Part shown: positions 37,282-49,699 of the stretch, in pieces | Layout of the letters: the number at the start of each line of letters is the position of its first letter | Position numbering within the stretch: position 1 is the stretch's first letter | NCBI RefSeq assembly: GCF_036321535.1 | Contig: NC_087437.1 | Coordinates: forward strand, 121,274,001-121,338,000 | Direction: 5' to 3' | Origin: Camelus dromedarius | Taxonomy: Eukaryota | DNA: 64,000 nt | The notes under the pieces: model-generated | Told to the model about the DNA's origin: nothing | The model's input: the letters and a program-made list of their open reading frames with translations, nothing else | Database searches by the model: none | Position numbers and translations under genes: made by a program

Positions 37282-38783
37282 GGGTGGGCAGCCCGGAGCA
37301 CCCTTTGTGCAGACAGGCCTGGGGCCAGCCTCCGGGGAATGTCTGTGCCCCCAGCTTCCTCCACCCCCGCTGAGCTCAGCTCAGGGCTCGTGCCATCTTG
37401 CATGGAAAATTGCAACATCACCGTATCTTACAGAACTGGGGGCTGGGTACCGTCCCTGCCCCAAAGCACTGCTGTGACCCCCCCAGAATGGAGTGCAGTC
37501 CCCTCCATAGAGCTTATGAGGACCGTCACAGCCTGGCCGCCACCCCCTGCTCCCCAGGCTCAGGACCCCACCAGGGCTCAGGAATATGCGCTATTTCACT
37601 TCCTCCCAGCCACCTGCTCTCTGCCCGGTGCAGGAAAACACCAAGGAGGGTCCAGCGTAAGGTACAGACTCTGGGTCTCCTTGAGCCCTCCCTCGGGAGC
37701 CCCATGAAAGGGAATCAGGACGCGCAGGCTCAGAAAGGCTGGTGACCGGCCCAGGCTGTGACCCTGCCGTAGGGAGCAGGGTCTGGGGTTCGAGTCTCCA
37801 GCTTCTACCCCGTTGCCACACTGTCTTCTGGGACACGACCTCTGCTCTTAACAGCAAGTTACTGGGACCTGCTACCACCCTGTGAAGAGGGGACCGTTGT
37901 CCCAGAAGACAGTAGGGGACACGGCAGCTTTGAGACCAGACCTGCGGGCGCTCAGGCAGCTCGTGAGGGTGGCCGGTCCTCACCCAGCCGCCAGCCAGCC
38001 CTATACTGAAGGCAGCACTGTCCCTGTGGCTTGACCATCTCCCACCACCCCCCCGGGTCTCTCAAACACCTGTCCCTCCCCACTCAGTGTCCCCCGCACC
38101 CTGTCTGATCTGGGGTCTGGGAAAGCTGAGGGCAGGAGCTGCTGGTCCCACCGTGGGCCCCGGCAAGCGCCCTGCACCCCACAGGCGGGGGACAGTCGGC
38201 CAGACAGAGCAGCAGAAAGTGGAACAGGACTTATGGCAGGAGAGGGGCAGGAGACTCTCCCAGCCCATCAGAGTCCGAGAGGCCGCCCACACTGAACCCA
38301 GCACGTGAAAACACAGAACACAGCAAGTAAAACACCCCCACAGTGACCGGGAGAGAAGGAAGGAGGAATGAAAAACACTCCAGGACAAAACAAGATTCCC
38401 CAGGAGGGGAGGGGAGGGTTAGGATTAGGGTTGGGGTTTCCCACCATGGAAGAATTTGGCAATTCGGTAAAGTCAGGACAGACCCAGGGCTCCAGAGGCC
38501 GAGCAGGAAGGGCTGCCACAGGCGCCTGTGCGGCCCTGGCGCCCGCTGGCTCCCGGGTGGGAGACTGAGCTGTGCGCTGGAGGTTCGAGGGCTCTCCTGT
38601 GTGCACCTTGCACTTCCTGAGAAGCGCTGATGGCGAATGGGTGTGGGCACAAAATGAGGAAGTTTCTCTGACTTGGAGAATTGGGTCTGCAGATCCAAAA
38701 GGTTTGCTTTGTTGTCGCAAAACCAGGACGACTGGACTTGCTGGCGGGGACTCACTCCCTCTTTCATCCTCATGTCAGGGTCA

Positions 38784-39038
<255 letters not shown>

Positions 39039-39635
39039 CTAGAGAGGGGACCCCAGTCAGATGGTCCAGGCTGTCCAGGGCGCCCGTCCGCTCCCGCCTG
39101 GTGGAAGTGACTGCCCAGGCACGGAGGCTCAGGCCTGCCTCCACCTGTTATGGGGCCGTTGCCAGTATGTTTACAAATGCGCAAGACAATGGGATTAGAA
39201 GGGAAACGGCGGACACTGAAATAGGCTCCAGAAGAGATTAAGTTGTGACGTGCTTCTTGACCACAGCGCTAAAAAGGAAGTCCCCTCGCAGACACGCGAG
39301 ACACTCAGTGTGGAGACAACAGTGAACAGCATTTCGAGGGGCCGTGCTGGGTGCTGGGGAAGCACCTCTGACTCCACTGGGGGCAGGATCTCAGACATTG
39401 TCCCCAGCAGGTGGCACGTATTATCACAACTAAAGGAGGCACAATTTCAGACAGAGGTTCCCTGGAACCTCAGAGGTCACATTCTTTCCTGTCCCAGTCG
39501 GTGGGCCCCTGAAATCTGTCCACCAACATCTGCCTTGAGTCTGCAGGCTCCAGGTGGAGGACCCCTGAGTGTCCCGTCTCTAAAGTACTGTGTGCACCTG
39601 GGGTTTCCAACACCAGGGTGCCAGGCATCGCTTCA

Positions 39636-39980
<345 letters not shown>

Positions 39981-40888
39981 TCAGTGTCCCCGGGGGGGGG
40001 GCCTGCAGACAGGAGCAGCGGGGGCAGAGCTCGGCGTGGCAGCCTGGGGGCTGGCGCCCCCACTCCTGTGTTTCTCGGGAGCAGGAGGACCAGAGACGGG
40101 ACCTAGCGGCTTGACTGGGGTCCCGTGTCCAGTCCGGACTCCAGCGCCCAGGGGAGCCCGAGAAGCTCCTGCAGGGCGACACCTCCCAAGTGCCTAAGTG
40201 ACGTGCGGGGCCCGGAGCGGGGCCAGACGCAGGTCTACGTTTGGAAACTGCATCCTCGGGGTCTAGTCAGCTCTGGCCTGGGGCTGCCTTCTGAGGGGAC
40301 ACTCCCAAGAAGAAGGGCAAACTCTTAGACGTGTTCATCACAGCAGAAAAGCCCCGCAGACACAGAAGGAAGAAACTGGTGCTGGGGGGTGGGGGTTGGA
40401 GCTGGGGCACGTCAGCAACACGCAGGTCACGAACCGCAATATCACGCAGAGATAAAAATGTGTGTCTGCCGTGCGGGACGGCGCCCGGGACCACGGACGG
40501 GCTGGGTGTGGGGGTCCAGTCCGTGAAGGTGGCGGGACCGTGTGGCTAACATTACGTCACAGATGCGGCCAGTGGGGCAGGACCATGCGGGTGGGGTCAG
40601 CAGGGGGCAGGAGGCAGACCTGCGGCCCCTTGAGCCACATGAGTGTGGAGGAGCCTGGCGAGGTCTCCCCCTCTTCCTGGAGAGGCCCTGGAAGTAAGGG
40701 TGATTCCATTGCAGGAACCGCCAGGGTGGGGCGGCTCCGCGGTCTTGCTTTACAGGATCATTTGCTTATATTCAGGCTTCAGGAGACGTGCGTGGGGTGG
40801 CAAGCTCATGGCGGAGTCTGTGGCTGTGGGGACGGAGGCTCCCAGGTCTGGGGAAGTCGGGGCCCGCCGGGGACGGATGGGGCCTTAC

Positions 40889-41130
40889 CGGGCACGCGGC
40901 CACTTGCATCATCGCGTCAAGCCCGCCTTCAGGGGCGTCCAGGTTCCCTGAGATCAGCTGCTTCCCGACCTCTCTCTGGAACTGGTTGGAGTTGTCGGTG
41001 AGCTTCAGCACATGCCTGAAGGTGAACGGGGGCTGGCACTCCTTCTCCTTGTTGGGGCAGGGGTTCTGCATCTTCTCGGGGTGCGTGTTGACGAAGGGGA
41101 GCACCGTCTTGTCCACAAAGGACCCGAAGC
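40889..41130 (-). CDS. ITGB2: ITGB2 exon 6
   Basis: [18 protein letters not shown]...[21 protein letters not shown]; 242 nt. Confidence 0.97.
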
Positions 41131-41310
41131 CTGGAGTGGAGGCGGGGCCGTGAGCCCGGGCTTCCCACCTCGACCCGGGAGAAGGCGAGGGCCGCGTGGT
41201 GGGGGCGGGGCGCTCCGGTGACACGGGGTCTGGAGCCCCGCGCCCTGCCCTCGGGACGCGTGGGCAGCAGGCTGGCCGGGGCCCCAGGCGGCACAGGCGG
41301 GCGGCCTCAC

Positions 41311-41481
41311 CGATGCGGCCGGACTCGGTGATCTCGTTGAGGGCCCGGAGCAGGTCGCCCCCCAGCTTCTTGACGTTGATGAGGTCATCGAGCATGGAGT
41401 AGGACAGGTCCATCAGATAGTACAGGTCGATGGGGTAGCCCTTGGCCCGCCGGAAGGTCACCGTGAACGCAGCCGCCTGGC
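41311..41481 (-). CDS. ITGB2: ITGB2 exon 5 (beta-I domain, MIDAS DLSYS)
   Basis: [34 protein letters not shown]...ESGRI; 171 nt. Confidence 0.97.
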
Positions 41482-42069
41482 CTGCCGCCAGGTCCGGAGG
41501 GAGTGAGGGCCCTGCCGCCTGGCCCAGGCGTCTCAGGGGCCTGCTCCCCCCAGGACCCTCAGGACTCCCCCATTCCCTGAGGCTGCGCCCACCCAGATTT
41601 GAATTTCAGATAAAGAACACGTTCCTGCACAGAAGACTGTTTGCGACAAACTGATAATAAAAAGTGTTCACTGTGGGTCAGGCACCGTTGAAATCCAGGT
41701 CTACCTGGTGCCACCGGGCTCTACCCGGCCAGGCCTTCTCTTCCACTGCTGCCAAGCAAATCCATCCCATCCCGGGGAGGCCCCCGGCCATCTTGGGGAC
41801 ACCCTCTTCCTCCTTCCCAGCCCCTGGGTTTCTGTTCTGCGTTGTCAGGCTCCCGCTGCCCGCCCACCTTCCGCCATCAGCTCCCTGCTGGACTGCCCCT
41901 CTCAGGACGGCACCGGTGCGTGGGCGCCCAGCCCTGCCCCAGCCCATCCACCACTTCCTCCTGCTGCCGCACCACACCGCCTACTGAGGGGTGCTGGCAG
42001 GGAGCTGTGTCCTAAAAGGGGGGGCTGTGGTCAAGGCAGTCTGGGCATCGCTGACTGAACGGTTACTGC

Positions 42070-42204
42070 GGGGGAGGGTATCGCTCAGTGCAGAGTGCAC
42101 GCTCAGCACACACAGGGTCCTGGGTTCCATCCCCAGTACCTCCTTAAAAAAAAAAAAATAAGAAAACCTAATTGCCTCTCCCCACAAAAATAAAAATAAA
42201 AATA
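42070..42204 (+). mobile_element. tRNA-derived SINE (Vic-1-like) with TSD
   Basis: A/B boxes, A tail, flanking direct repeat AACGGTTACT (42058-42067, 42205-42214). Confidence 0.9.
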
Positions 42205-42506
42205 AACGGTTACTCGGGTCCTTTGGCTACCAGACTTCCCAGAGCCTTTGCTCCGCCAAGAGCGTCCGGCCGTCAAGGGCATCGTCCAGATGGTTTGTTC
42301 TCCCTTTTAGGGCACAGACTCAGGGCCACCAGGGAGCCCCAGCTGCAGAAGTGGGAGCTGGGGACATCCTCCCGGGGACAGAGAGAGCAGCCCAGACTCT
42401 GGTCCCCAGCCGTCCCGAGGCCTCTCGGCCCACCAGGCGGTCTGACCTGGACACAAGGATGCATGTACCATCCAGCCGGCTCACCCCCGGCCAGGGCCAA
42501 GCCTAC

Positions 42507-42687
42507 CTGGTCTCAGGTAGAGGGTCACTTTCTGTGGGGACAGCTGCTTCTGGCCCCCCGCCCGGTCCTCCTGGGTCTCGGCGAGGCTCTTGGGGTCCAT
42601 GATGTCGTCTGCCGCACATCCCTTTACCAGCAGCTGCTCCCGTGTGTCACAGCGCACGGAATCGGGCTCCCCTTGCCCAGAGAAGTT
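42507..42687 (-). CDS. ITGB2: ITGB2 exon 4
   Basis: [32 protein letters not shown]...QKVTLYLRP; 181 nt; ag/gtagg. Confidence 0.97.
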
Positions 42688-43469
42688 CTGGGTGGGCGCA
42701 GGGGTCAGGGTAGGGCAGAGAAAACACAGGGGCCACACTGTGGGTGCTGTGCGAGGCTGACCCCCCTCATTTGCTCTGGGTTCAGGACAGAAGACCCTGT
42801 GGGGGACGAGGTAGGGGCTGGACAGCCAGGAAACACGTGCCTCCCGGACGGCCCCACCACGGGGCTCCAGATCACAGGAGAGCCGGGGGTGGGCGGGTTT
42901 CTCCCCCTGCCTCCAGCAGCAGGAACACCCAAGAACCAACGTCCCGGACCCCAGGCTGACCCAGGGAGCCCTCCACGGCCATCGAGCTTCTGGCCCAGGC
43001 TTTTCAAGCCGTCAGCAGCACTGTGGTCAGAGGGCGTGGCTCTCTCCTGCAGGAGTCCACATGTCCCCTCTCAGCAGCTGGGGCGGCCCCTGGGCACCGG
43101 GAAGCCTGGCATGCAGCCTAGGGTTCTGGGCCAAGCAGTTTAGGAGGAGAGGGGCTGGAGGGGGGAGGGGTGGGGCCCCCTGGATTCTGACATGGCAGGG
43201 AGAGAGCGGGGCTGCATTCAGTGGGTCCCGCCGCGAGGCCAGAGCCTGCTGCCTCCTAGGGATGGCAGCTAAACAGGGGACTTGCTCAGAAGCACACCGA
43301 CAGCTCTCTGCTTCCCTCCTCGAAAGGAGACCTGGGAAGAGTGACCCCCCTGTGCCCTGGGCCGAGCCGGCGGGGTGCGGGAGCTGGGCCGTGGCGGGTG
43401 GAGCTTTCTGAGCTGCCCCTGTACCGTCTTCACTTTCGGAACCCTGCGGACTCTCTCCCTACTCGAGAA

Positions 43470-44050
43470 ATAAAACACTCAGCAGGAATGGGGAGGGAAA
43501 AAATCCCTTAAAATGGAGTCCAGCAGAAACAATGGAACCTAGCTGTATTTCAGATGAATATGGCAAGCTCACCAAAGGGGGAGAAGGAACCCAGCCCGAG
43601 GAGGGACTTCTCCAGCCGGGACAGTGACCGCGCCCCAGGAAGACGCGACCCCCCCGCAGTAGTGGTGTGGCCAGCAACGTGGAGACCACTTTCAGGAATT
43701 GCAGGGTTCAGGAAATGGGGAAATGTACTGCAATGGCAGGGGCCAGGCTTCCCATAAAGGGGAACCGGGAACTCTCAGAGAAACGTCTGATTCTCTGGCA
43801 TGAGCCAGGGGAGTCAGGACGGGCAGGGAGCGTCTGGGGGCCTCAGAGGGTGAGTGGGCTCAAGACACAACGGTGGGACAGAGCCAGCCTGGGGGTTCCC
43901 GGTGGCCAAATGGGGAGCGATTTGAGCATCAGAATGACAAAACGAAAGTGATGGGTTGTAAACTCCTGCAAAAACTAAACATCGATGGGTCTATATGGAG
44001 AAGAGAGACCAAGGGAGGGAGCCTGGGGGAAGGAGAAGTTGTTCCCGGCC
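43470..44050 (+). mobile_element. L1MC/L1MD-type 3' region remnant
   Basis: tggccaaat.ggg..cgatttgagcatcagaat motif. Confidence 0.55.
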
Positions 44051-45020
44051 ATCCGAAGCCATCAGGACTGGAGAACAGGAGCGTCGCCGTGTGGCAGCCA
44101 TCCCGGGGGTGAATGACTCAGGCGCTTGTCCCCAGTGGACGCTGGAGTTAGTGGGTGTAAGCTCGGTGGGAGGCAGAGTATTTCCTGGCCCCAGAGTATC
44201 TCCCCACACGTTACCTGCTTGCCCTTCTCCCAGAGGGCCTTACGAGTAAAACACGACATTACTAAGGACAACAGAAAGTTAAATTTCCAACAGGCACTTG
44301 CCCACGCGTCCACATCCTGAGAGCCTGAGGGCGGACCGCCGGCTGTGGGCTACGCGGTCTGCCTGGTGGCGCAGGGAGCTGGGGCTGCCCCCCCCACACC
44401 CCCACAGCATGCATCCCCCCGGGGGTCCCTGGCCAGGGCTCCTGCCTCCACGGTGGTGGTTTGCTTTCAGCTGGTATCATTCAACAGTGGATTTCAAGAA
44501 ATGAGAGTTCGAAGGTACATTTTCTGATGAAGAAAAGGGACTAAGGTAAAAACGACGTGCGAGCCTGGACCACGCTTGGGCCGTTCCACCCACCCCTGTC
44601 TCAACCCAGGACCGTTTTGCACCGGCTGCATCAACGTGTGACTTTGGTATTTCTTTTGCTTACTGTTTTTTTAGACACAAACCCATATACTGAATGCTTA
44701 AGGATTCTTACTATCTGATTATTTAAAATACATTTTACAATCTATCTTTAAAGAAAAAAAGGCCTGACCCAGTGGCTCCACTCTTGGATCTGCCTCCACC
44801 AGGCTGCCCGGGGACGAGGCTGTGTCTGCCCATCTGCCTCCCTGACAACGCTGTGTCCCTGGGCTGTTTCTGTTCCACCAGAAAGCAGAGGGGTCAGGCT
44901 CCGGAGGGTGGCAGCCTCAGAGGCAGACAAAGGGGTCCAGCCCAAGGGGCGGGTAGAGGGAAAGGGCAGGCCAGGCATGAGGACCCTCAGGTGGCTGGTG
45001 CTGTCCTGTGTGGTTCTTAC

Positions 45021-45109
45021 CAGCTTCTGGCACCAGGCGCAGCCGGGGCCCGACTCGATGCAGTCCCGGCAGGTGCTAACTTTGTACTTGGTGCACTCCT
45101 GGGACAGGG
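45021..45109 (-). CDS. ITGB2: ITGB2 exon 3 (PSI domain)
   Basis: [30 protein letters not shown]; 89 nt; ag/gtaag. Confidence 0.97.
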
Positions 45110-45450
45110 CTGGGGGAGAGTGGGCAGGCTGGTGAGCAGGGCTGCGGCGTGTCCTGGCTGACCGCCACCCCCCCCCCCCGAGCCAGCAGGCCCTCTGGGG
45201 GCTGCGATGACCAGTGCAGGGCCTGAACGGATGACCAAGCCCGCTCGCAGGGGTGGGTGGAGAAGGAGGTTCAGCAGGAAGGCCAGGAAGAGGGGGGAAC
45301 CAGGGCCTCCCAGGAGGGGTCTCCAGGAGGCTGGGCCCCACATGGGTCCTACGCAGAGGCGCCGAGGGGGTCATCCCTCGGCCTGGGGTGTGCTGGGGCG
45401 GGTCCCACTCTTCCCGACCTGGACCCGGAATGTGCCCCTGCAAGACTCAC

Positions 45451-45508
45451 CTGACGTGAAGGCGAGCAGGCCCACCAGGAGGAGCAGCTGGGTGCGCTGG
45501 GGCAGCAT
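45451..45508 (-). CDS. ITGB2: ITGB2 exon 2 coding part (signal peptide)
   Basis: ccacag|GACATG; MLPQRTQLLLLVGLLAFTS; gtgagt donor; 58 nt. Confidence 0.96.
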
Positions 45509-46070
45509 GTCCTGTGGAGGAAGGGGCTTGGTGACAGGGCCTCTGGCCCCAGGCTCTGGGCCGGGAGACACAGAGCCCGTCCCTGCTGCTGTGGGGCACT
45601 TAGCATGGGGTGGGATCCGCCTCCCCGACTGTCCTACCACGGGGCTGTTCCACCTGCAGGGGAGGAGGCCTAAACGCTGAGCCCCCCGGCCTCCTAGGAT
45701 GAGCAGGGAGCTGGCCTCTTGCCAGTGATACACAGGTGCACACGCCCACCACACACACCACACACACACACAGGCTCTCACATGGCGCCGCATGCTCTGG
45801 GCCAGGGCCTTGCGTGGCCTTCGTGGCCCTGAGTCCTCAGTGAATTGAGCTGAGCTTAGAGGAGAGACTCGGTTGGCCCAGGCCTCCTGGCAGGAGGCAG
45901 AACCAGAACTAGGAGCAGATGCGAACTCGGAGCACTTTCCGGCACCAGGACTGTGCCAGCTGGCCCCTGGGCGTCCTGCGGGCCGGGTGAGGAAGTGTAC
46001 CCAAGCAGGCCCTTATGGGGCCTTCTCAGGAGAGACACCCCCCACCACCCCATGTCCTCTGCCTGCCTCT

Positions 46071-46640
46071 TGTTAGTAGGAAAACTGTACGCCCCAGGCC
46101 TCCCCTGAGTCACAAAAACCTGGCTAAAGAATTAATGATTAAAGGGATGTGAACATGTAGTGACAAAAGTCGCAGCTGGGCCGGAAGCACTGGTGACAAT
46201 TTAAACAATAGATCAGCCACATGGCAGTCACAGAACCTTTAGCTCCTCCCTAAGGTGCCTATGTAACAGTGTCTGACACACACTCCCGAGCAGCTCACAG
46301 ACGCTAAAACCCCGCCACGTGGAAGAAGCTAACTGCACGACGACCATGAGCACGCAGCCCCCAGACCTCCTGGAGCCCGAGGATGCACGGTTCAGCCCCT
46401 CGGATGCTGCCCTGGGACCCCCGTCAGCCAGCCAGAACTGTGCGTGGGCTGGTCGCACGCCTCTGGCCCCCCTCCCCCTTTGCCTTAGAAGCCCTCCTCT
46501 GAACCCCGCCGGGGAGGGGAGCCCGGGTCTTTGATCGTGAGCCGCCAGTTCTCCTTCCCTGGGCCTGCAATACACCTTTCTCTGCTGCGAACCCCGATGC
46601 TCTTGTTAGCTGCGAGCACAGGAGCTTGGGCTGGCCGGCA
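46071..46640 (+). mobile_element. Probable ERV1-class solo LTR in ITGB2 intron 1
   Basis: TGTTA start, CA end, AATACACCTTTCTCTGCTGC polyA/U5-like segment; no clear TSD. Confidence 0.5.
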
Positions 46641-49600
46641 GAAGGGCTTGCAGAGCCACCGCCCTCCTCGTCCCAGGCCACCAGCTCTAGGCAGCCACTG
46701 TTTCATTTTCTTATTTGACACCTGCTGTCCTTAACAATCCAGTGCCTGGAGCCGGGTTGGGGGAGGGGACAGGGCATTTTGCCATCACTGACCGGCCCTG
46801 TTATTCCCAGAGGCAAGATCACAGGGCAGGACTGGAAGCCTGGCATCCTGGTTCTGGTTCTGGTCCTTGGAGGCAGTGGCAGCACCTTCAAACCGGCTGC
46901 CCGCTGCGCAGGAGCCAGTGAGGGCGGCTCCACCCTCGTGGAGAAGATGCCCCGAGGGACCCAGGCTGGGCCCAAAGCAGCAAACCTCCTGCAGATCAGC
47001 TCCCCGGACGGGTGGCAGGGCTCCTGGGCGACCGGGTTTGAGAACCATGTAGGGCTGTAGCCTTTTTATCTGACACCAAGAGGGTGGAGAGAGTGCTGAG
47101 AAGCCAGCAGACAGGAGGTAGCAGGCAGGAAGGGGTGTGTTTTATCAGAAACCAAGATCAACACAGCTCACCCTGAGTGTAATTCGAGTGCCAGCTCCTC
47201 TCCCTATTGCCCTCCCTGATGCTGGTGGGCCAACAGGGTGGCCTCAGGGTTCCAAATCTGGGCGGGCAGCCCTGGGACCAGCAGTGGCTCCATCCCAGGC
47301 CTGTCTGTGTGGAGGACCACATGGCCCCTGCTGTGGCCTGCCGGCCCTGGGTGAGCCTGGAGGCGGGTCTTGCCCTCGCCTCTGCTCTCTTGTAACCCCT
47401 GCATCTGTACCTGGGGCTCTGGCTGGAGGAGGACCTCCGGGGCTCCCATGGCAGGGTCCCAGTGTTTAGAAGCCCTGTCCAGCCCCAGTTTCTGACTTTT
47501 TGGAGGTGACCTTGCTCCTGGGTTCCCACCAAGATTATAATCAGGAGCTAGAAGTGTCAAAATAGAACCCTGGGCCCTTCCTGTTGGGGCCAAAAGCAGA
47601 AGTTACACCCTGCCCTGACTTCCGGGGTCTCAGAGTGGGAGCAGGGGAGGCGGTTTCAGTTCACTCCAAGCCTCCCCATTTGTGAAAGCCCCGGGTTTCC
47701 CCACAGCGGGGGCACGGGGCTCAGGCTGAGGGGCCCCCAGATTCTGCAGCTTGACTGCCTGTGGGGCCCTGTGCGCCCACCGACCCCTCGGCTGCCCTGG
47801 CACTGCCCCCCATGCCTGGTCCAGATGCCCAGGGTAGCACCCCCACCTCTGAGGCAGAGGTGGCTCTGAGTAGAAGGTGGGGAGCCTCCACCCCAAGCGC
47901 CCCACCTGTGCACTTGGCCCAGTTCTGGGGGAGGCCCGACATACACAGCTCTACACACTCCCCTGTAGCCACCGACCCCAGACGGTCACGACAACCAGCA
48001 TGTGAACTCCCGGGTCCTGGCGTGGGGGTGTCCCCAGGCGGCAGCAGGACGTGGACCGGGGCCCGTCACACTTGGCGCACCTCCCACGCAGAGGGGGGTG
48101 CACCTCGGTTGGGGCAGGAGGGCAGGAGGCCCCGCAGGCAGTGGGGGCGGGGGATAGGCTGCCTACCCCAGCATAGCTCCTCGCTCCTCACTTCAGCACT
48201 GGGACGGCCCCACCCCAGCCCCGTGTGCCCACTGCCCCTCGGGGGCAGGACGCCCGGGCACGGCAGCTCTCGGAGCTCCAAAGGTGGGCAGACGGGAGCC
48301 CGAGACATGGAGCCTGGAGGCCAGCCCTGCCCTTGGCCACGGTGAGCGGGGCCCCCAGTGGGCAGGGGCGCAGTGGACGCGCCCGGCAGCCGGGACTGGC
48401 CCTCGGGGCCTGGGGCCTGGTCTGAAACCAGCATGGCGGAGCCTCTCAGACCTGGGCCCCCAGGGGCTGTCCTGGGGCCCGGCTCCCAGACAGCGCGGGG
48501 CAGTGGCCGTGCCCGGGCCACAGGCTGCCTCTGTGTGCCTGGAGGGGCTCGCGGGCCTCCCCCAGCTCTGGGGAAGGACGGGCTTGGAGGACAGGCCATG
48601 TAGCTCGGCCCGCGCCGGCCCTCGACTCAGCAAGGAGGCCAGCCCGAGAGCAGGGAGGAGAGCCTGGTCCTGCGGAGCCCCCAGGTGCCGTGTCCCAGCA
48701 TCTATGCACGGGCCCCTCACCTGGACTCAGGGTGCAGAGCCCCAAGTGTAAGGTGGCTTGAGAAACCCAGGGCCTCACCGGCCCCTGAGGACTTTCATCA
48801 GAGCTGCCCTTGAACTTGGCCCTTCTCGGTAGGGGAGCGCTGGTGCGACGGAGCTGAAGTGCAGGAAGTGGCTTGTCACCCCCTCCTGGCGGCTTCTCTG
48901 AGACCTCGGGTGCCCCTCCCCACGTCCTGAGGGCATCACCCTTTGTGCTGATTGGAGCTCTGAACGCCAAGGTCCCAGACTCAGGAGCATCAGTAGAAAA
49001 TGGGATGTGTTCCTTCCAAACGCCAGAAAAACCACGGTCCATATTTGGTAAAAGATAGAAGAAAAAGAGGAAATATTAAAAAAGATAAGTCTGAACAAGA
49101 GGTGGAGGACGCTGGGTATCTGGCGCAGGGTCAGCTGGCATTGGGTCAGGCCGGTCAGAGACGAGGCTTCGCCAGAGTGCAGACCTCAGACGAGGCCCCA
49201 CTGACCATCGGGATTTGCATCAGAGCCTGCCCGCGGCTGCCCAGGCTCAGGTCCTCAGCCCTTCTGGTGCAGGCTCACAGGAGGCACGGCCAGCAAGTGA
49301 CAGGGGACTGAAGGGAAGGCGGGGGTCAGGTACTCATCCCAGGAGTGAAGGACTCAAGGCTGTTTCATGTAGAAAAAAGCCAGCGTTTACAATGGAGCTA
49401 AAGTAGAAATCAACCTTTTAAAACCAAAAGACAGAGCAGCAAGATGTGGTCGTTCCTGCTTTGTGTAAAGACATGAAAGAATTGGACAGAAGCTGGTTTT
49501 GGGGGGCTGGAACACCCCACTCCCGGGTCCCAGAGTTTCCAGACAGACCCGGGGGCCGAGGAGAGCAGAGAGGACAGAGGAGGATGCACCCTGCACGTTG

Positions 49601-49699
49601 TCTGAGCCTGCACGCTCGCGGCCCTGCAAAACCCCCTTCCCGTGAGCACCACTGCTCGCCGTCCGTGGGGTCTGGTGGCAGAACTTTTAGGGCCACGGT

